A stretch of DNA of 64,000 nt from Candidatus Zixiibacteriota bacterium (GTDB taxonomy: Bacteria; Zixibacteria; MSB-5A5; UBA10806; 4484-95). Shown here one piece after another: positions 19,433-28,834 of this stretch. A program made the translations under genes and the position numbers. How positions within the stretch are numbered: position 1 is the stretch's first letter; every line of letters begins with the position of its first letter. Location: assembly GCA_037441845.1 (NCBI GenBank), contig JBBIRK010000007.1:152824-216823 (forward strand), read 5' to 3'. The notes beneath the pieces are model-generated. The model did no database searches. It saw only the letters and a list, made by a program, of their open reading frames with translations, and was not told the origin of the DNA.

Positions 19433-20512
19433 TCAGAACCCGTAGGTCATTTTGAATGCGACAGTCGTCGCCGACTTATGGGCAAGACTATCCTGATCCA
19501 GAAAAACCTCATGATCTGATATGTCGTACCTGAGTTCCACCAACGCGGTCAAGCCGTTCCCGAGAGAAAAGACAGGGGCGATAGTGTAGGCCTGACGCTT
19601 TTCGGCGATACCGCTATCCAACCTGAGGGCATCTTTATCGTTGAAGTAATCATATCTGCCGGTGATACCGATCCATGGAGCAAGCTTCAGATGAGTCATC
19701 GCCAAGAAGCCGTTCCATTGATACTTTTCGCCGGCAAGCTCGTTCCATCCGAAATTGATCTCGGCTCCGATAACGGCCTTTTTAAGCGTGACCTTAACCG
19801 ACGCATCGGCCACCGTAAGAATGTTTTTCAATGAATCAGTCTCCGAACCGCTGACCAGACCCAGACCGAGATCGACCAGGCCTCCGAGACAATGATTGAG
19901 GCAGCCGCCGAATGTCTTTTGGTCATTGAAATCGAAATTGTTATCCCAGCCGTTGGCCAGGAAAAGGCATAGATCGGTCGATTGCCCCAAATCGGCAGCC
20001 AAATTGACACCAGTGAGATTGCCAGGCAAAGCATAGTAGCTTACCAGACCGAATGAATATTGATACATATCCGGTGGATCGAACGCCTCCAGCCCGATCG
20101 GCGAATTGAACTTGCCGAAAGTAAACTCGATACCACCGCGAGACAAAGGAGAAAATGTTATGAACGCCTGCTCGATTCCGAATTCACCGTCTCCCTGGCC
20201 GTCATTGAGCCATTCCAGATCGAGTCGGGCCGACCCCTTTTCGGCCAGCTCGTGCCGAAGATTGATTTCCGCTTGATCGAAACCGAAGGTATTGTTGTCG
20301 GAACGAACCTCAAAAATGTAGCTGGCGTCGAGAAAACCGCTGATTTCAAGTTTAGGAAGATCCGCCTGAAACGTCTCGGCCGAAAGCGACGCCGACTCAT
20401 CAAGCGGGTTCACCTCTTGAGCGAAAGCCACATACCCGGAACCGACAAGGAGACCTAAAACCAGCAGCGCGATCGATAAATCGCGGTTCATGACGATTCT
20501 TTTCATATCCAT
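19433..20512 (-). CDS. Outer-membrane beta-barrel porin (DUF1597/BBP2-like)
   Basis: Signal peptide; ISGFLDASY; IEQAFI; FGKFNSPIGLE; LANGWD; ELRYD; terminal YGF. Confidence 0.75.
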   Translation of the reverse strand: MDMKRIVMNRDLSIALLVLGLLVGSGYVAFAQEVNPLDESASLSAETFQADLPKLEISGFLDASYIFEVRSDNNTFGFDQAEINLRHELAEKGSARLDLEWLNDGQGDGEFGIEQAFITFSPLSRGGIEFTFGKFNSPIGLEAFDPPDMYQYSFGLVSYYALPGNLTGVNLAADLGQSTDLCLFLANGWDNNFDFNDQKTFGGCLNHCLGGLVDLGLGLVSGSETDSLKNILTVADASVKVTLKKAVIGAEINFGWNELAGEKYQWNGFLAMTHLKLAPWIGITGRYDYFNDKDALRLDSGIAEKRQAYTIAPVFSLGNGLTALVELRYDISDHEVFLDQDSLAHKSATTVAFKMTYGF

Positions 20513-20724
20513 CCCTCCAATTTATCCAAAATAGTCCATCATAATGATAATATCGGGTTTGCGCCTTGACAACTGAAACCGATCTGCAGAAACATGGTTC
20601 AGAATCGATCGATTTCATTGACTGATAGCGCAATGACCAATTATATGATATTCGGCGATATCGTCACCGGACATTCTGACAAAAGCAGTAGATTCCGAAT
20701 CGACTCTGGGGCCGGATATTTTCC

Positions 20725-20752
20725 TTGACCCTCATGCGCACCCGAATAACAT
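20725..20752 (+). promoter_or_regulatory. Putative sigma-70 promoter for the E1 gene
   Basis: TTGACC-N16-TAACAT. Confidence 0.4.
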
Positions 20753-20810
20753 TTCGCATCGGGAAACCCACCGGCCGCGAATCAGTTTATACCGACAAAC
20801 GGAGGTGTCC

Positions 20811-23090
20811 ATGGCCTACTGGGAAATAAAAGATTGGGTCGCAACGCTCAAGCCGGCCGAACCAGTTGAAAAAACCGCCGGATACGGAAATGTCGACAAA
20901 GATACTTTGCTGAAAATGTACCGCATCATGGTCTTGGCGCGGCGCATAGAGCTCGAGGAAAAAACGCTTCTGCGCAAAGGACACTGCCGCTTTTTCATAG
21001 GCTGCGGCGGCAAAGAGCTGATCGATGTCGTATTGGCGCAAGCTCTGGCGCCGGACGACCCGTTTATCGGCTACTACCGCAACAAAGCCTTCGATCTCTA
21101 TCGAGGGGTAAGCATAAGACAAAAATTGCTCGAGGCCGTCGGCGATCGCCGGTCCGAATCCAATGGCGGAATGCTGCAACCGGCGCATTCGTCATACCCG
21201 GAAAAAGCGATCCTGCCGCAAGCGTCGCCGACAGGTTCACATGCGCTCGAAGCCGCTGGTCTGGCGGAGGCGATAGCCAATCCGACACCGATAAGCGGGC
21301 CGGTGGGGATCAAAGGCGGCCGATTCCGCCCCGATTCGATAGTTTGTTGCGCTATAGGTGAAGGCGCCACGTCATCGCCTGAATTTCATCGGGCGGTGTT
21401 TTATTCGGTTTATAATAACACCAAAAATATATTCGCAATCTACAACTGCGGCTGGGCGATATCCACCAGTGTCAACGAGCAGTTTCCCGAGGGCAATCCC
21501 ACGACATCGTTCGAGGGATTCAAACGTTTCGGCCTTTTGATAGAGAATTTCGACGGCACCCGGGTAAAAGAGTCGATCGCAGCGGTGAACAGAATGATCG
21601 AACACGTGAAATCCGGAAAAGGACCGGCGATCGCCAATATCAATGTCACCCGCGAGGATTCGCATTCCGGTTCCGACGATCAGACTCATTATATGGAGCC
21701 GGAAGAACAGCGTTACCATATCGAATACGACCCCTTGCGGACCACAGCCGCCGAGTTCATCGCCGATGGTTTGTTTTCGTCGCAAGAGCTGGCCGCAATT
21801 TTCGACGAGTGCGACTCCGAGGTTTCCCGAATATCGACAGAGGTGGTAGCAGATTACCAACCGAAATCCGCGGCAGACGTCCTCACCAAGGTGACTTCAT
21901 ACAATCCCGACACCGCGGCGAGGCTTTGGGCGGAACTTTTATCGGAGAAGGTCAGCCAGCGGGCTGAGATATACCGGGAATTTTACAAACGGGGATTCGT
22001 CGAGCAACCCGAACTTCCCGAAAACCAGCCTCCGATGACGTTGCGCAAGGCTATTAATTACTCTCTTTTTGACATATTCATGCTCTCCGATGCCGCCGTT
22101 TTATTCGGCGAGGATGTCGCCGATTTCGCCCGCGAGGTTTTCGCCAAGGGAGAGCAGGCGATTTCCGGTTTGAAGGGCAAGGGCGGTGTATTTCTTGTCA
22201 CCAAAAATTTACAACGCGCTTTCGGGCAGTCACGGGTTTTCAACACCCAGCTCGATGAGGCCGGGATCCTCGGCCGGGCCGCAGGCCAGGCGTTTCAGGG
22301 GAGAGTGCCGTTTCCCGAAATCCAGTTTATCGATTATATGAGCCCGGGTTACCAACAACTAAAAGATAGAATCGCCACTTGTTACCAGCGCTCCAACGGC
22401 CGGGTGCGCCTGCCGATGGTTATCCGGACCAGTTACGGCGGCTACAAGCAGGGAGCGGGTGCGATGTGGCATTCGGAGGCCAACCTCGGGACTTTTATCA
22501 ATATACCGGGATTGCATGCGGCGGTGCCGTCAAACGCCGCCGATGCCGCCGGGTTGTTGAGGACCGCTTTCGTATGCGGCGACCCGGTCCTTTTCTGCGA
22601 GCCGGTGGCGCTTTACAACCGCCGCGATTGGGACGGTTACAATCTGCTTGCCAAATATCCGCCGATAGAGGAGTTGCTTCCGTTCGGCAGGGCCAAGGTT
22701 TATAACGAGTCCGCCTGCGATATCGCGCTAATCAGCTACGGTATAACTCTGCCGATGTCGCTGAAAGCGGCCGAATCGCTCGCCGGCGATGGAATCGGCG
22801 CCCGGGTAGTTGACCTACGCACGGTCAAACCTATCGACTGGGATACGGTGACGGAGACGGTGAAAGCTTGTTCACGGGTGATGATCGTCTCTGAGGATCG
22901 TTTTCACGGCGGAGCGGGACCGACGATCGCCGCGTTCATCGCCAATTCGCTTTTCGATTATCTCGACGGTCCGGTGCGCCTGCTGACTGCGCAAGACTGC
23001 CGCGTCGCTTACGGCGCAGACGGCGACGAAATCTGCCTTCCGCAAATCGACAGGATTATCGAAACCGCCAAGGAGTTGATCGCCTATTGA
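20811..23090 (+). CDS. Fused alpha/beta E1 component of a 2-oxoacid (branched-chain/pyruvate-type) dehydrogenase
   Basis: GGAGG SD; YYR; TPP motif GEGATS...YNCGWAIS; HSGSDD; beta half FGEDV, GGVF, RVFNTQLDE, EIQFIDY, HSE, VVDLRTVKPID. Confidence 0.88.
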   Translation: MAYWEIKDWVATLKPAEPVEKTAGYGNVDKDTLLKMYRIMVLARRIELEEKTLLRKGHCRFFIGCGGKELIDVVLAQALAPDDPFIGYYRNKAFDLYRGVSIRQKLLEAVGDRRSESNGGMLQPAHSSYPEKAILPQASPTGSHALEAAGLAEAIANPTPISGPVGIKGGRFRPDSIVCCAIGEGATSSPEFHRAVFYSVYNNTKNIFAIYNCGWAISTSVNEQFPEGNPTTSFEGFKRFGLLIENFDGTRVKESIAAVNRMIEHVKSGKGPAIANINVTREDSHSGSDDQTHYMEPEEQRYHIEYDPLRTTAAEFIADGLFSSQELAAIFDECDSEVSRISTEVVADYQPKSAADVLTKVTSYNPDTAARLWAELLSEKVSQRAEIYREFYKRGFVEQPELPENQPPMTLRKAINYSLFDIFMLSDAAVLFGEDVADFAREVFAKGEQAISGLKGKGGVFLVTKNLQRAFGQSRVFNTQLDEAGILGRAAGQAFQGRVPFPEIQFIDYMSPGYQQLKDRIATCYQRSNGRVRLPMVIRTSYGGYKQGAGAMWHSEANLGTFINIPGLHAAVPSNAADAAGLLRTAFVCGDPVLFCEPVALYNRRDWDGYNLLAKYPPIEELLPFGRAKVYNESACDIALISYGITLPMSLKAAESLAGDGIGARVVDLRTVKPIDWDTVTETVKACSRVMIVSEDRFHGGAGPTIAAFIANSLFDYLDGPVRLLTAQDCRVAYGADGDEICLPQIDRIIETAKELIAY

Positions 23091-23710
23091 ACGATAACAC
23101 CGCAAAAAACGATGAGGTCACGGCAACCGGACAGCCCCAAAGATGCGATTGGTCGCGCGGTGATCCTCTATTGCTTGCCTATCACGATTCGGAATGGGGC
23201 GTGCCGCTTCATGATGACCGCAAGTTGTTCGAGTTTCTGATCCTCGACTCTTTTCAGGCCGGCCTGAGCTGGTCGATAATTCTTAAGAAACGGGATAATT
23301 TCAGAAGAGCTCTCGCCGATTTTGATCCTCAAAAGGTAGCGCGATTTTCGGAATTCCGAATAAAACGGATTCTCGACGACGATGGGGTGATCCGCAACCG
23401 CCGGAAAATAGAGGCGGCGGTCGGCAACGCCGGGCGATACCTGAAAATCCAGAAAGAGTTCGGCAGCTTCGACAATTACCTTTGGGGTTTCGTCGGGGGC
23501 AAAACGATCGTGAACAGATGGAAACACCCGAAGGAATTGCCCGCGAAATCGAAAGAATCGGCGGCCTTGAGCTCCGATCTGAAAAAGCGCGGTTTCACTT
23601 TCGTAGGACCGGTGATCTGCTACGCGTTCATGCAGGCGGCGGGCCTGGTGAACGATCATCTGACATATTGTTTCCGTTATAAAGAACTGCAGGGCCGCCG
23701 AAACTCGTGA
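23087..23710 (+). CDS. tag: DNA-3-methyladenine glycosylase I
   Basis: RCDW; YHDSEWG; FQAGLSW; IRNRRKI; FVGPVICYAFMQAAGLVNDH...C. Confidence 0.93.
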   Translation: MNDNTAKNDEVTATGQPQRCDWSRGDPLLLAYHDSEWGVPLHDDRKLFEFLILDSFQAGLSWSIILKKRDNFRRALADFDPQKVARFSEFRIKRILDDDGVIRNRRKIEAAVGNAGRYLKIQKEFGSFDNYLWGFVGGKTIVNRWKHPKELPAKSKESAALSSDLKKRGFTFVGPVICYAFMQAAGLVNDHLTYCFRYKELQGRRNS

Positions 23711-23859
23711 TTCCGGGCCGCGAATAAAATCAATCCACTCTGAGTCGCTCAGTTTTATCGCCCAGATGAGTTTGGGCCGACCACATGCCGGCGATGGGGT
23801 GGTATGCTGAAATTAAGTATTGGAACGGAAAGGCATTTTGGATATTATATCATACTAAT

Positions 23860-26217
23860 ATGCGCAGGTTGATGCTTTTCGCGGTATTGCTTTTTGCCTC
23901 GTCGTGCGTTTACTACAACACCTTTTTCAACGCTAAACAAGCGTTCGAACGGGCCGAGCGGAATCAGTATCGAACGAAAGCTACCGGTGTCACCCAATAC
24001 ACTTGGGAAAAAAACCGAGCCGCGCCCCCCGAAGAACCCACGATCGTTATGACCGATAAGAGCCTTTACAAAGAGGCGATCGATAAGGCCAATAAGGTGA
24101 TCCTGAATCATCCGAAATCGAAGTATGTCGATGATGCTTTATGGCTGGTGGGCAAGGCGCGCTACAATATGGGCGAGTATATCGCCGCCGAAAGCAGGCT
24201 CAACGAATTGCTGACGAGTTTCCCCGATTCCCGGTATTCCGACGACGCCAATTATTACATCGGCCTAAGCCGGTTCTGGATGAAAAATTATCGTGCTGCC
24301 GGCGAGTCTTTCAATCGGATCGTGCAGAAGAAGAAATCTCCGCTGAAAGACGATGCGGCTTTTATGGTGGCGTATATCGAATTTATCCGGAAAAATTACC
24401 CGACTGCAATCGAGGCCTTCGATAACTTCATCAAGGATTATCCTGGATCCGATTCCGCGGCGGCGGCGCAATTTTTTATCGGTGCCTGTCGCGACAGCCT
24501 GAAACAGCCGCTAGAAGCTTTCCACGCCTACCGCAAGGTGCTAAATATGAACCCGAACGCCGATCTATATTTCGATTCTCAATATGCCTTGGGGCTGGCT
24601 GCATTCAAAGCGGATTCGATAAAGACGGGCGTCGAGACGTTTCAAAGTCTATCCAGGCAGGAGCGCTATTTCGAACTATCGGGCATGATCCGGCTTCAGC
24701 TTGCCAAAGGGAAATACCTCGAGGGTCAAGCCGAGCAGGCGATCGACGAGTATAAAAAAATTATCGAGCAGTTTCCCAATTCGGCGCAGTCGGCGGAGGC
24801 TTATTATCAACTCGGATTGATCTGCCTCGATCGTAACGATCTTGTCGGAGCAAGAGAAAATCTGACCAAAGTAAACAAAGAAGGACAAAACCAGCAGATT
24901 AAAAAAATGGCCACCGCTCGACTGGCGCAGCTGACAAAATATGAAACTTATCTGACAAAACTGGGACAAAAGCCGCCGGCCCCACCCGATAGCGGTGCTG
25001 CGCCTCAAGTCGTTCCGGCCGATACCGCAGGTTCAGAAAAGAGCGTTGCCGATTCTATCGGCGTGCGCGAATCCACGCCGGGCGATTCCGCCGCCGTGAT
25101 TTCGCCGGAAGATGAATTGCCGAAAATTGATTCCGTTGGAAGCGATAACTCTGTTATAGACAGCCTGACCGGGGCGGCGATAGTTGATTCGCTACGTTCC
25201 GTTGCCGAACCGATCGCCGCCGATACGACTAATGAGGAGGAAACCGCCGGCCTGAGGTTCCTTTTAGCCGAGTTGTTTTACTACGATCTGGAACGTCCCG
25301 ATTCGGCCATAAACGAGTATTTGACTCTGGCCGACCAGTATCCTCGTTCGTCCTATGCACCCAAGGCATTGCTGGCGGCGGCGATGATTTATCTGGCACG
25401 AGAAGATTCGGCTGCAGCACGCAAGCTATGCAAAAAAATAATCGGTGAATACCCCTCGACGCCTCAAGCCGGATTCGCCCGCAATCTTGTCTTCGGTGAA
25501 TCACTTTCTTTTGAGCCGAACGCCGAATCATATTACAATTCGGCAGAGAGCCTTTATTTCACCGCCGATGACAAAGATTCGGCTTTGGCCGTTTTCGCCT
25601 TTATAGAACAAACTTTCCCCGGGAGCGAATACGCCGCCAAAAGCGCATTCGCCAAAGCCTGGATAATAAATCGGGGTCTGGAAACGGACGGTGACAGCAG
25701 CGCCTATTACGCCTACGCCCACGTGGCCAAAAACTACCCGAACACCATCTACGGCAAACAGGCCAGGATCGCGATGGGACTGGAAAAAGACTCTACCGCG
25801 GCCCCGGCCCAGCCCGAACCGACGCCGGTCGATATCCCGGTGGATACTATGGCGACCGCGGAAATCGATACCGTTCCGGAAATACCGGGATTGCCGAACG
25901 CCCCGCCGCCCAAGGATACCGGCGAATTCATCTACCCGGAACATCTCCTAAGCCAAAAATTGAAGGGCAGGGTGACATTCAAGATAAAGCTGAATTTCGT
26001 GGGCAACGTCATCGATTACCAATTGATCGGGCCGTCGGGAAATGCGGCGATCGATTCCGCGGCGATCCGGGCGCTAACGCAAACGGTGTTCGACGTTTCC
26101 TATATCGATGACTTGACGAAGCTGAACGATTATTTCCGCTACGATATCAAATTCGCCCCGCCGAAATTGGATGAATTTTATCAGCCTTATCAGGAAAGGC
26201 GGGAGAAGGGGCCTTGA
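23860..26217 (+). CDS. TPR lipoprotein (PorW/SprE- or BamD/YbgF-like) with C-terminal TonB_C domain
   Basis: Lipobox ASSC then VYYNTFFNA; many TPR repeats (HPKSKYVDDAL, FPDSRYSDDA, YPGSDSA, FPNSAQSAEA); Pro-rich linker; YPE...KGRVTF...GNV...PSGNAAIDSAAIRAL. Confidence 0.7.
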   Translation: MRRLMLFAVLLFASSCVYYNTFFNAKQAFERAERNQYRTKATGVTQYTWEKNRAAPPEEPTIVMTDKSLYKEAIDKANKVILNHPKSKYVDDALWLVGKARYNMGEYIAAESRLNELLTSFPDSRYSDDANYYIGLSRFWMKNYRAAGESFNRIVQKKKSPLKDDAAFMVAYIEFIRKNYPTAIEAFDNFIKDYPGSDSAAAAQFFIGACRDSLKQPLEAFHAYRKVLNMNPNADLYFDSQYALGLAAFKADSIKTGVETFQSLSRQERYFELSGMIRLQLAKGKYLEGQAEQAIDEYKKIIEQFPNSAQSAEAYYQLGLICLDRNDLVGARENLTKVNKEGQNQQIKKMATARLAQLTKYETYLTKLGQKPPAPPDSGAAPQVVPADTAGSEKSVADSIGVRESTPGDSAAVISPEDELPKIDSVGSDNSVIDSLTGAAIVDSLRSVAEPIAADTTNEEETAGLRFLLAELFYYDLERPDSAINEYLTLADQYPRSSYAPKALLAAAMIYLAREDSAAARKLCKKIIGEYPSTPQAGFARNLVFGESLSFEPNAESYYNSAESLYFTADDKDSALAVFAFIEQTFPGSEYAAKSAFAKAWIINRGLETDGDSSAYYAYAHVAKNYPNTIYGKQARIAMGLEKDSTAAPAQPEPTPVDIPVDTMATAEIDTVPEIPGLPNAPPPKDTGEFIYPEHLLSQKLKGRVTFKIKLNFVGNVIDYQLIGPSGNAAIDSAAIRALTQTVFDVSYIDDLTKLNDYFRYDIKFAPPKLDEFYQPYQERREKGP

Positions 26218-26218
26218 T

Positions 26219-27034
26219 TTGAAATACAGCGGCGAGGCGGCAATTACCCGAAAAACCATAATCTCGGAGAAGATATTCAGTATCGAACTCGATTGCCCCG
26301 AGATCGCCGAACAGGCATTGCCGGGTCAGTTTGTTCAAGTCAAGATACCGGGGTTCCAGACAGCGATTTGGCCGCGGCCTTTTTCGATTCATGACGCCCA
26401 TGACGGGCGAATCGTTCTTTTCATAAAAAAATACGGCCGCATCACCGATTTATTGGCTTCATTGCCCCAGCCACAAAAGCTTTTGGTAACCGGTCCCTTG
26501 GGAAATGGATTTCACCTGCCTTCGGATTTGGCCGAGATTATTCTTGTCGCCGGCGGAGTCGGTTTGCCGCCGCTGCATTTTCTATGCAAGAAACTGATCG
26601 CCGATGGCCTCAGCCCGAATGCCGTCCGCTTTTATTCGGGAGCCAAAAACAGATCCGAATTATTCGCCCATGAGGCGTTGCTGAAGCTCGGTGTCGATTA
26701 CCGCGTGGCGACGGAGGATGGAAGTGCGGGTTACAAGGGACTTGTAACGCATCTATTGGAAAACGATCTGGAGGGAAAATCGGGGCTGCTCATTTGCGCC
26801 TGCGGCCCCATGGCGATGATGAAAGCGGTGGCCATGATAAGCGGCGGCCATCGCTGTCTGCTTTCGCTCGAACAGTTGATGCCTTGCGGCTGGGGAGTAT
26901 GCAACGGCTGCGCCGTCAAAATCAAAAGTAACGATCCGCAAACCACTGAGGACGAACGCGGATTTCGTTTGGCGAGGGTATGTAAAGAAGGACCCGTATT
27001 CGAATCCGGAATGATCGAATGGAACCGAACTTAA
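26219..27034 (+). CDS. pyrK: Dihydroorotate dehydrogenase B electron-transfer subunit
   Basis: PGQFV; RPFSI; GPLGNGF; AGGVGLPP; ACGP; MPCGWGVCNGC...VCKEGPVF (2Fe-2S). TTG start at 26219 is inferred. Confidence 0.9.
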   Translation: MKYSGEAAITRKTIISEKIFSIELDCPEIAEQALPGQFVQVKIPGFQTAIWPRPFSIHDAHDGRIVLFIKKYGRITDLLASLPQPQKLLVTGPLGNGFHLPSDLAEIILVAGGVGLPPLHFLCKKLIADGLSPNAVRFYSGAKNRSELFAHEALLKLGVDYRVATEDGSAGYKGLVTHLLENDLEGKSGLLICACGPMAMMKAVAMISGGHRCLLSLEQLMPCGWGVCNGCAVKIKSNDPQTTEDERGFRLARVCKEGPVFESGMIEWNRT

Positions 27035-27936
27035 CGGTGGAAATCGCCGGCATTAAGCTCAAAAACCCGATAATGTCGGCATCGGGCTGTTTCGGTTACG
27101 GCGACGAAGCCGCCGATTTTATCGACCCGGCCCGGCTGGGGGCGGTGGTTACCAAATCGATAACTCCTTTGCCGAGAACCGGTCATCCACCGCCCAAAGT
27201 GGCGGAGACCGCCTCCGGCATGTTGAATGCCATCGGTCTTTCCAATATCGGGCTGGAGGCATTTATCGAAAGCAAATTGCCCTACTTGCGTGAGCGCGGT
27301 TGCGTGACGATCGTGAATATCGCCGGCAGGACGGTGAACGAATATGTTGCGCTCGCCAGTAAGTTGTCGGAACAGCCCGGGGTGCATGCTCTTGAGGTGA
27401 ACATATCCTGCCCCAACGTCGAAATCGGCGGTCTCGAATTCGGCGCCTCGGAAAAGGGAACCGCCCAAGTGATCGGCGAAGTGCGCAAAATTTCCAAAGT
27501 GCCGATCATCGCCAAACTTTCGCCCAATGTAACCGATATCGTGGCGATTGCGAAGTCGGCCGAGTCCGCCGGCGCCGATGCGGTTTCGCTTATCAATACG
27601 CTTATCGGAACGGCCATCGACGCCAAATCCATGAAGTTCAAACTTTCCAATAAATTCGGCGGTCTTTCCGGCCCGGCCATAAAACCGGTGGCTTTGGCCA
27701 TGGTCTATAAAGTATCCCGAGTCTTGAAAATCCCGGTTATAGGCATAGGCGGTATCGGCTGCGGCGAGGATGTAATCGAATTCATGCTCGCCGGCGCATC
27801 GGCGGTTCAGATAGGAACCGCATGTTTCGCCGAACCGACCGTTTTCGACCGCGCGCTCGAGGAAATCCGGGCTTATCTCGTGCAACGGAATATCGGAGAT
27901 ATCGGAGAAATAATCGGAAAGGTCCGCGATGCTTGA
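27019..27936 (+). CDS. pyrD: Dihydroorotate dehydrogenase B catalytic subunit
   Basis: NPIMSASGCFG; MLNAIGLSN; EVNISCPN; KLSPNVTDI; GGLSGPAIKP; AGASAVQIGTA. Confidence 0.95.
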   Translation: MEPNLTVEIAGIKLKNPIMSASGCFGYGDEAADFIDPARLGAVVTKSITPLPRTGHPPPKVAETASGMLNAIGLSNIGLEAFIESKLPYLRERGCVTIVNIAGRTVNEYVALASKLSEQPGVHALEVNISCPNVEIGGLEFGASEKGTAQVIGEVRKISKVPIIAKLSPNVTDIVAIAKSAESAGADAVSLINTLIGTAIDAKSMKFKLSNKFGGLSGPAIKPVALAMVYKVSRVLKIPVIGIGGIGCGEDVIEFMLAGASAVQIGTACFAEPTVFDRALEEIRAYLVQRNIGDIGEIIGKVRDA

Positions 27937-28792
27937 GGGCAATTTTACGAATGCGCTGCGCCGCGCATCACACAAAAACAAAAGCTGGATCTGCCTGGGG
28001 CTCGATCCCGATCCCGAAAAATTCCCCCGAGGTTTTTCGCGCACTCCCGCCGGGGCGTTGTCGTTTCTTGCCGAAATCGTGATGGCCACCAAGAGCCACG
28101 TCTGCGCCTACAAACCGAATATCGCCTTTTTCGAACGCTGGGGCGCCCGCGGGCTGAAAATTTTGAAAGATCTGATTGATTTCGTTCCCGAAGAAATTCC
28201 GATAATCCTCGATGCCAAGAGGGGGGATATAGGCAATACCTCGGCGAATTACGCCAAAGCCGCTTTCGAGCATTTCTTGGCCGATGCCGTAACCGTGAAT
28301 CCTTATCTCGGATACGACTCTATCGAACCTTTTATCCGCTACGGCGATAAGGAGATTTTCCTACTATGTCTTACTTCCAATCCGTCAGCGGCAGATTTTC
28401 AAAAACAGACCGTCATGCTGGATTCCGGGGAGAAGCTGAAACTTTATCAGCTGGTGGTGCGCAAAGCGGTCGAATGGAACAGATACGGGAATATCGGCTT
28501 GGTGGTCGGAGCCACACACCCCTCGGAGCTTGCGGAAATCAGGCAATCGATTCCCGATGAAATGCCCATACTTATCCCCGGTGTCGGCGCGCAAGGGGGC
28601 GATCTGGAAAAATCGTTGAAAGCAGGCGCCAATTCCAAGGGTGAGTTGGCCGTAATCAACGTATCTCGATCGGTTCTGTATGCCTCCCAAGACGACGATT
28701 TCGCGGAAAAAGCCAAAGCCGAAACAGCGAAATTGGCTGAATCGTGCGCCGGTTTTTTTCTCAATGCTCAAAGCGGCGGCGCCGGAATATGA
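27929..28792 (+). CDS. pyrF: Orotidine-5'-phosphate decarboxylase (type 2)
   Basis: CLGLDP; YKPNIAFFE; DAKRGDIGNT; NPYLG; TSNP; VVGAT; PGVGAQGG. Confidence 0.95.
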   Translation: MLEGNFTNALRRASHKNKSWICLGLDPDPEKFPRGFSRTPAGALSFLAEIVMATKSHVCAYKPNIAFFERWGARGLKILKDLIDFVPEEIPIILDAKRGDIGNTSANYAKAAFEHFLADAVTVNPYLGYDSIEPFIRYGDKEIFLLCLTSNPSAADFQKQTVMLDSGEKLKLYQLVVRKAVEWNRYGNIGLVVGATHPSELAEIRQSIPDEMPILIPGVGAQGGDLEKSLKAGANSKGELAVINVSRSVLYASQDDDFAEKAKAETAKLAESCAGFFLNAQSGGAGI

Positions 28793-28834
28793 TTTGACGG
28801 CAAATAATCAGTCCCATTTCCGAAAGGAGACGAC

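Noticed and set aside
27031..28092. 353-aa minus-strand ORF
   Set aside because: Antisense shadow of pyrD/pyrF with no motifs.
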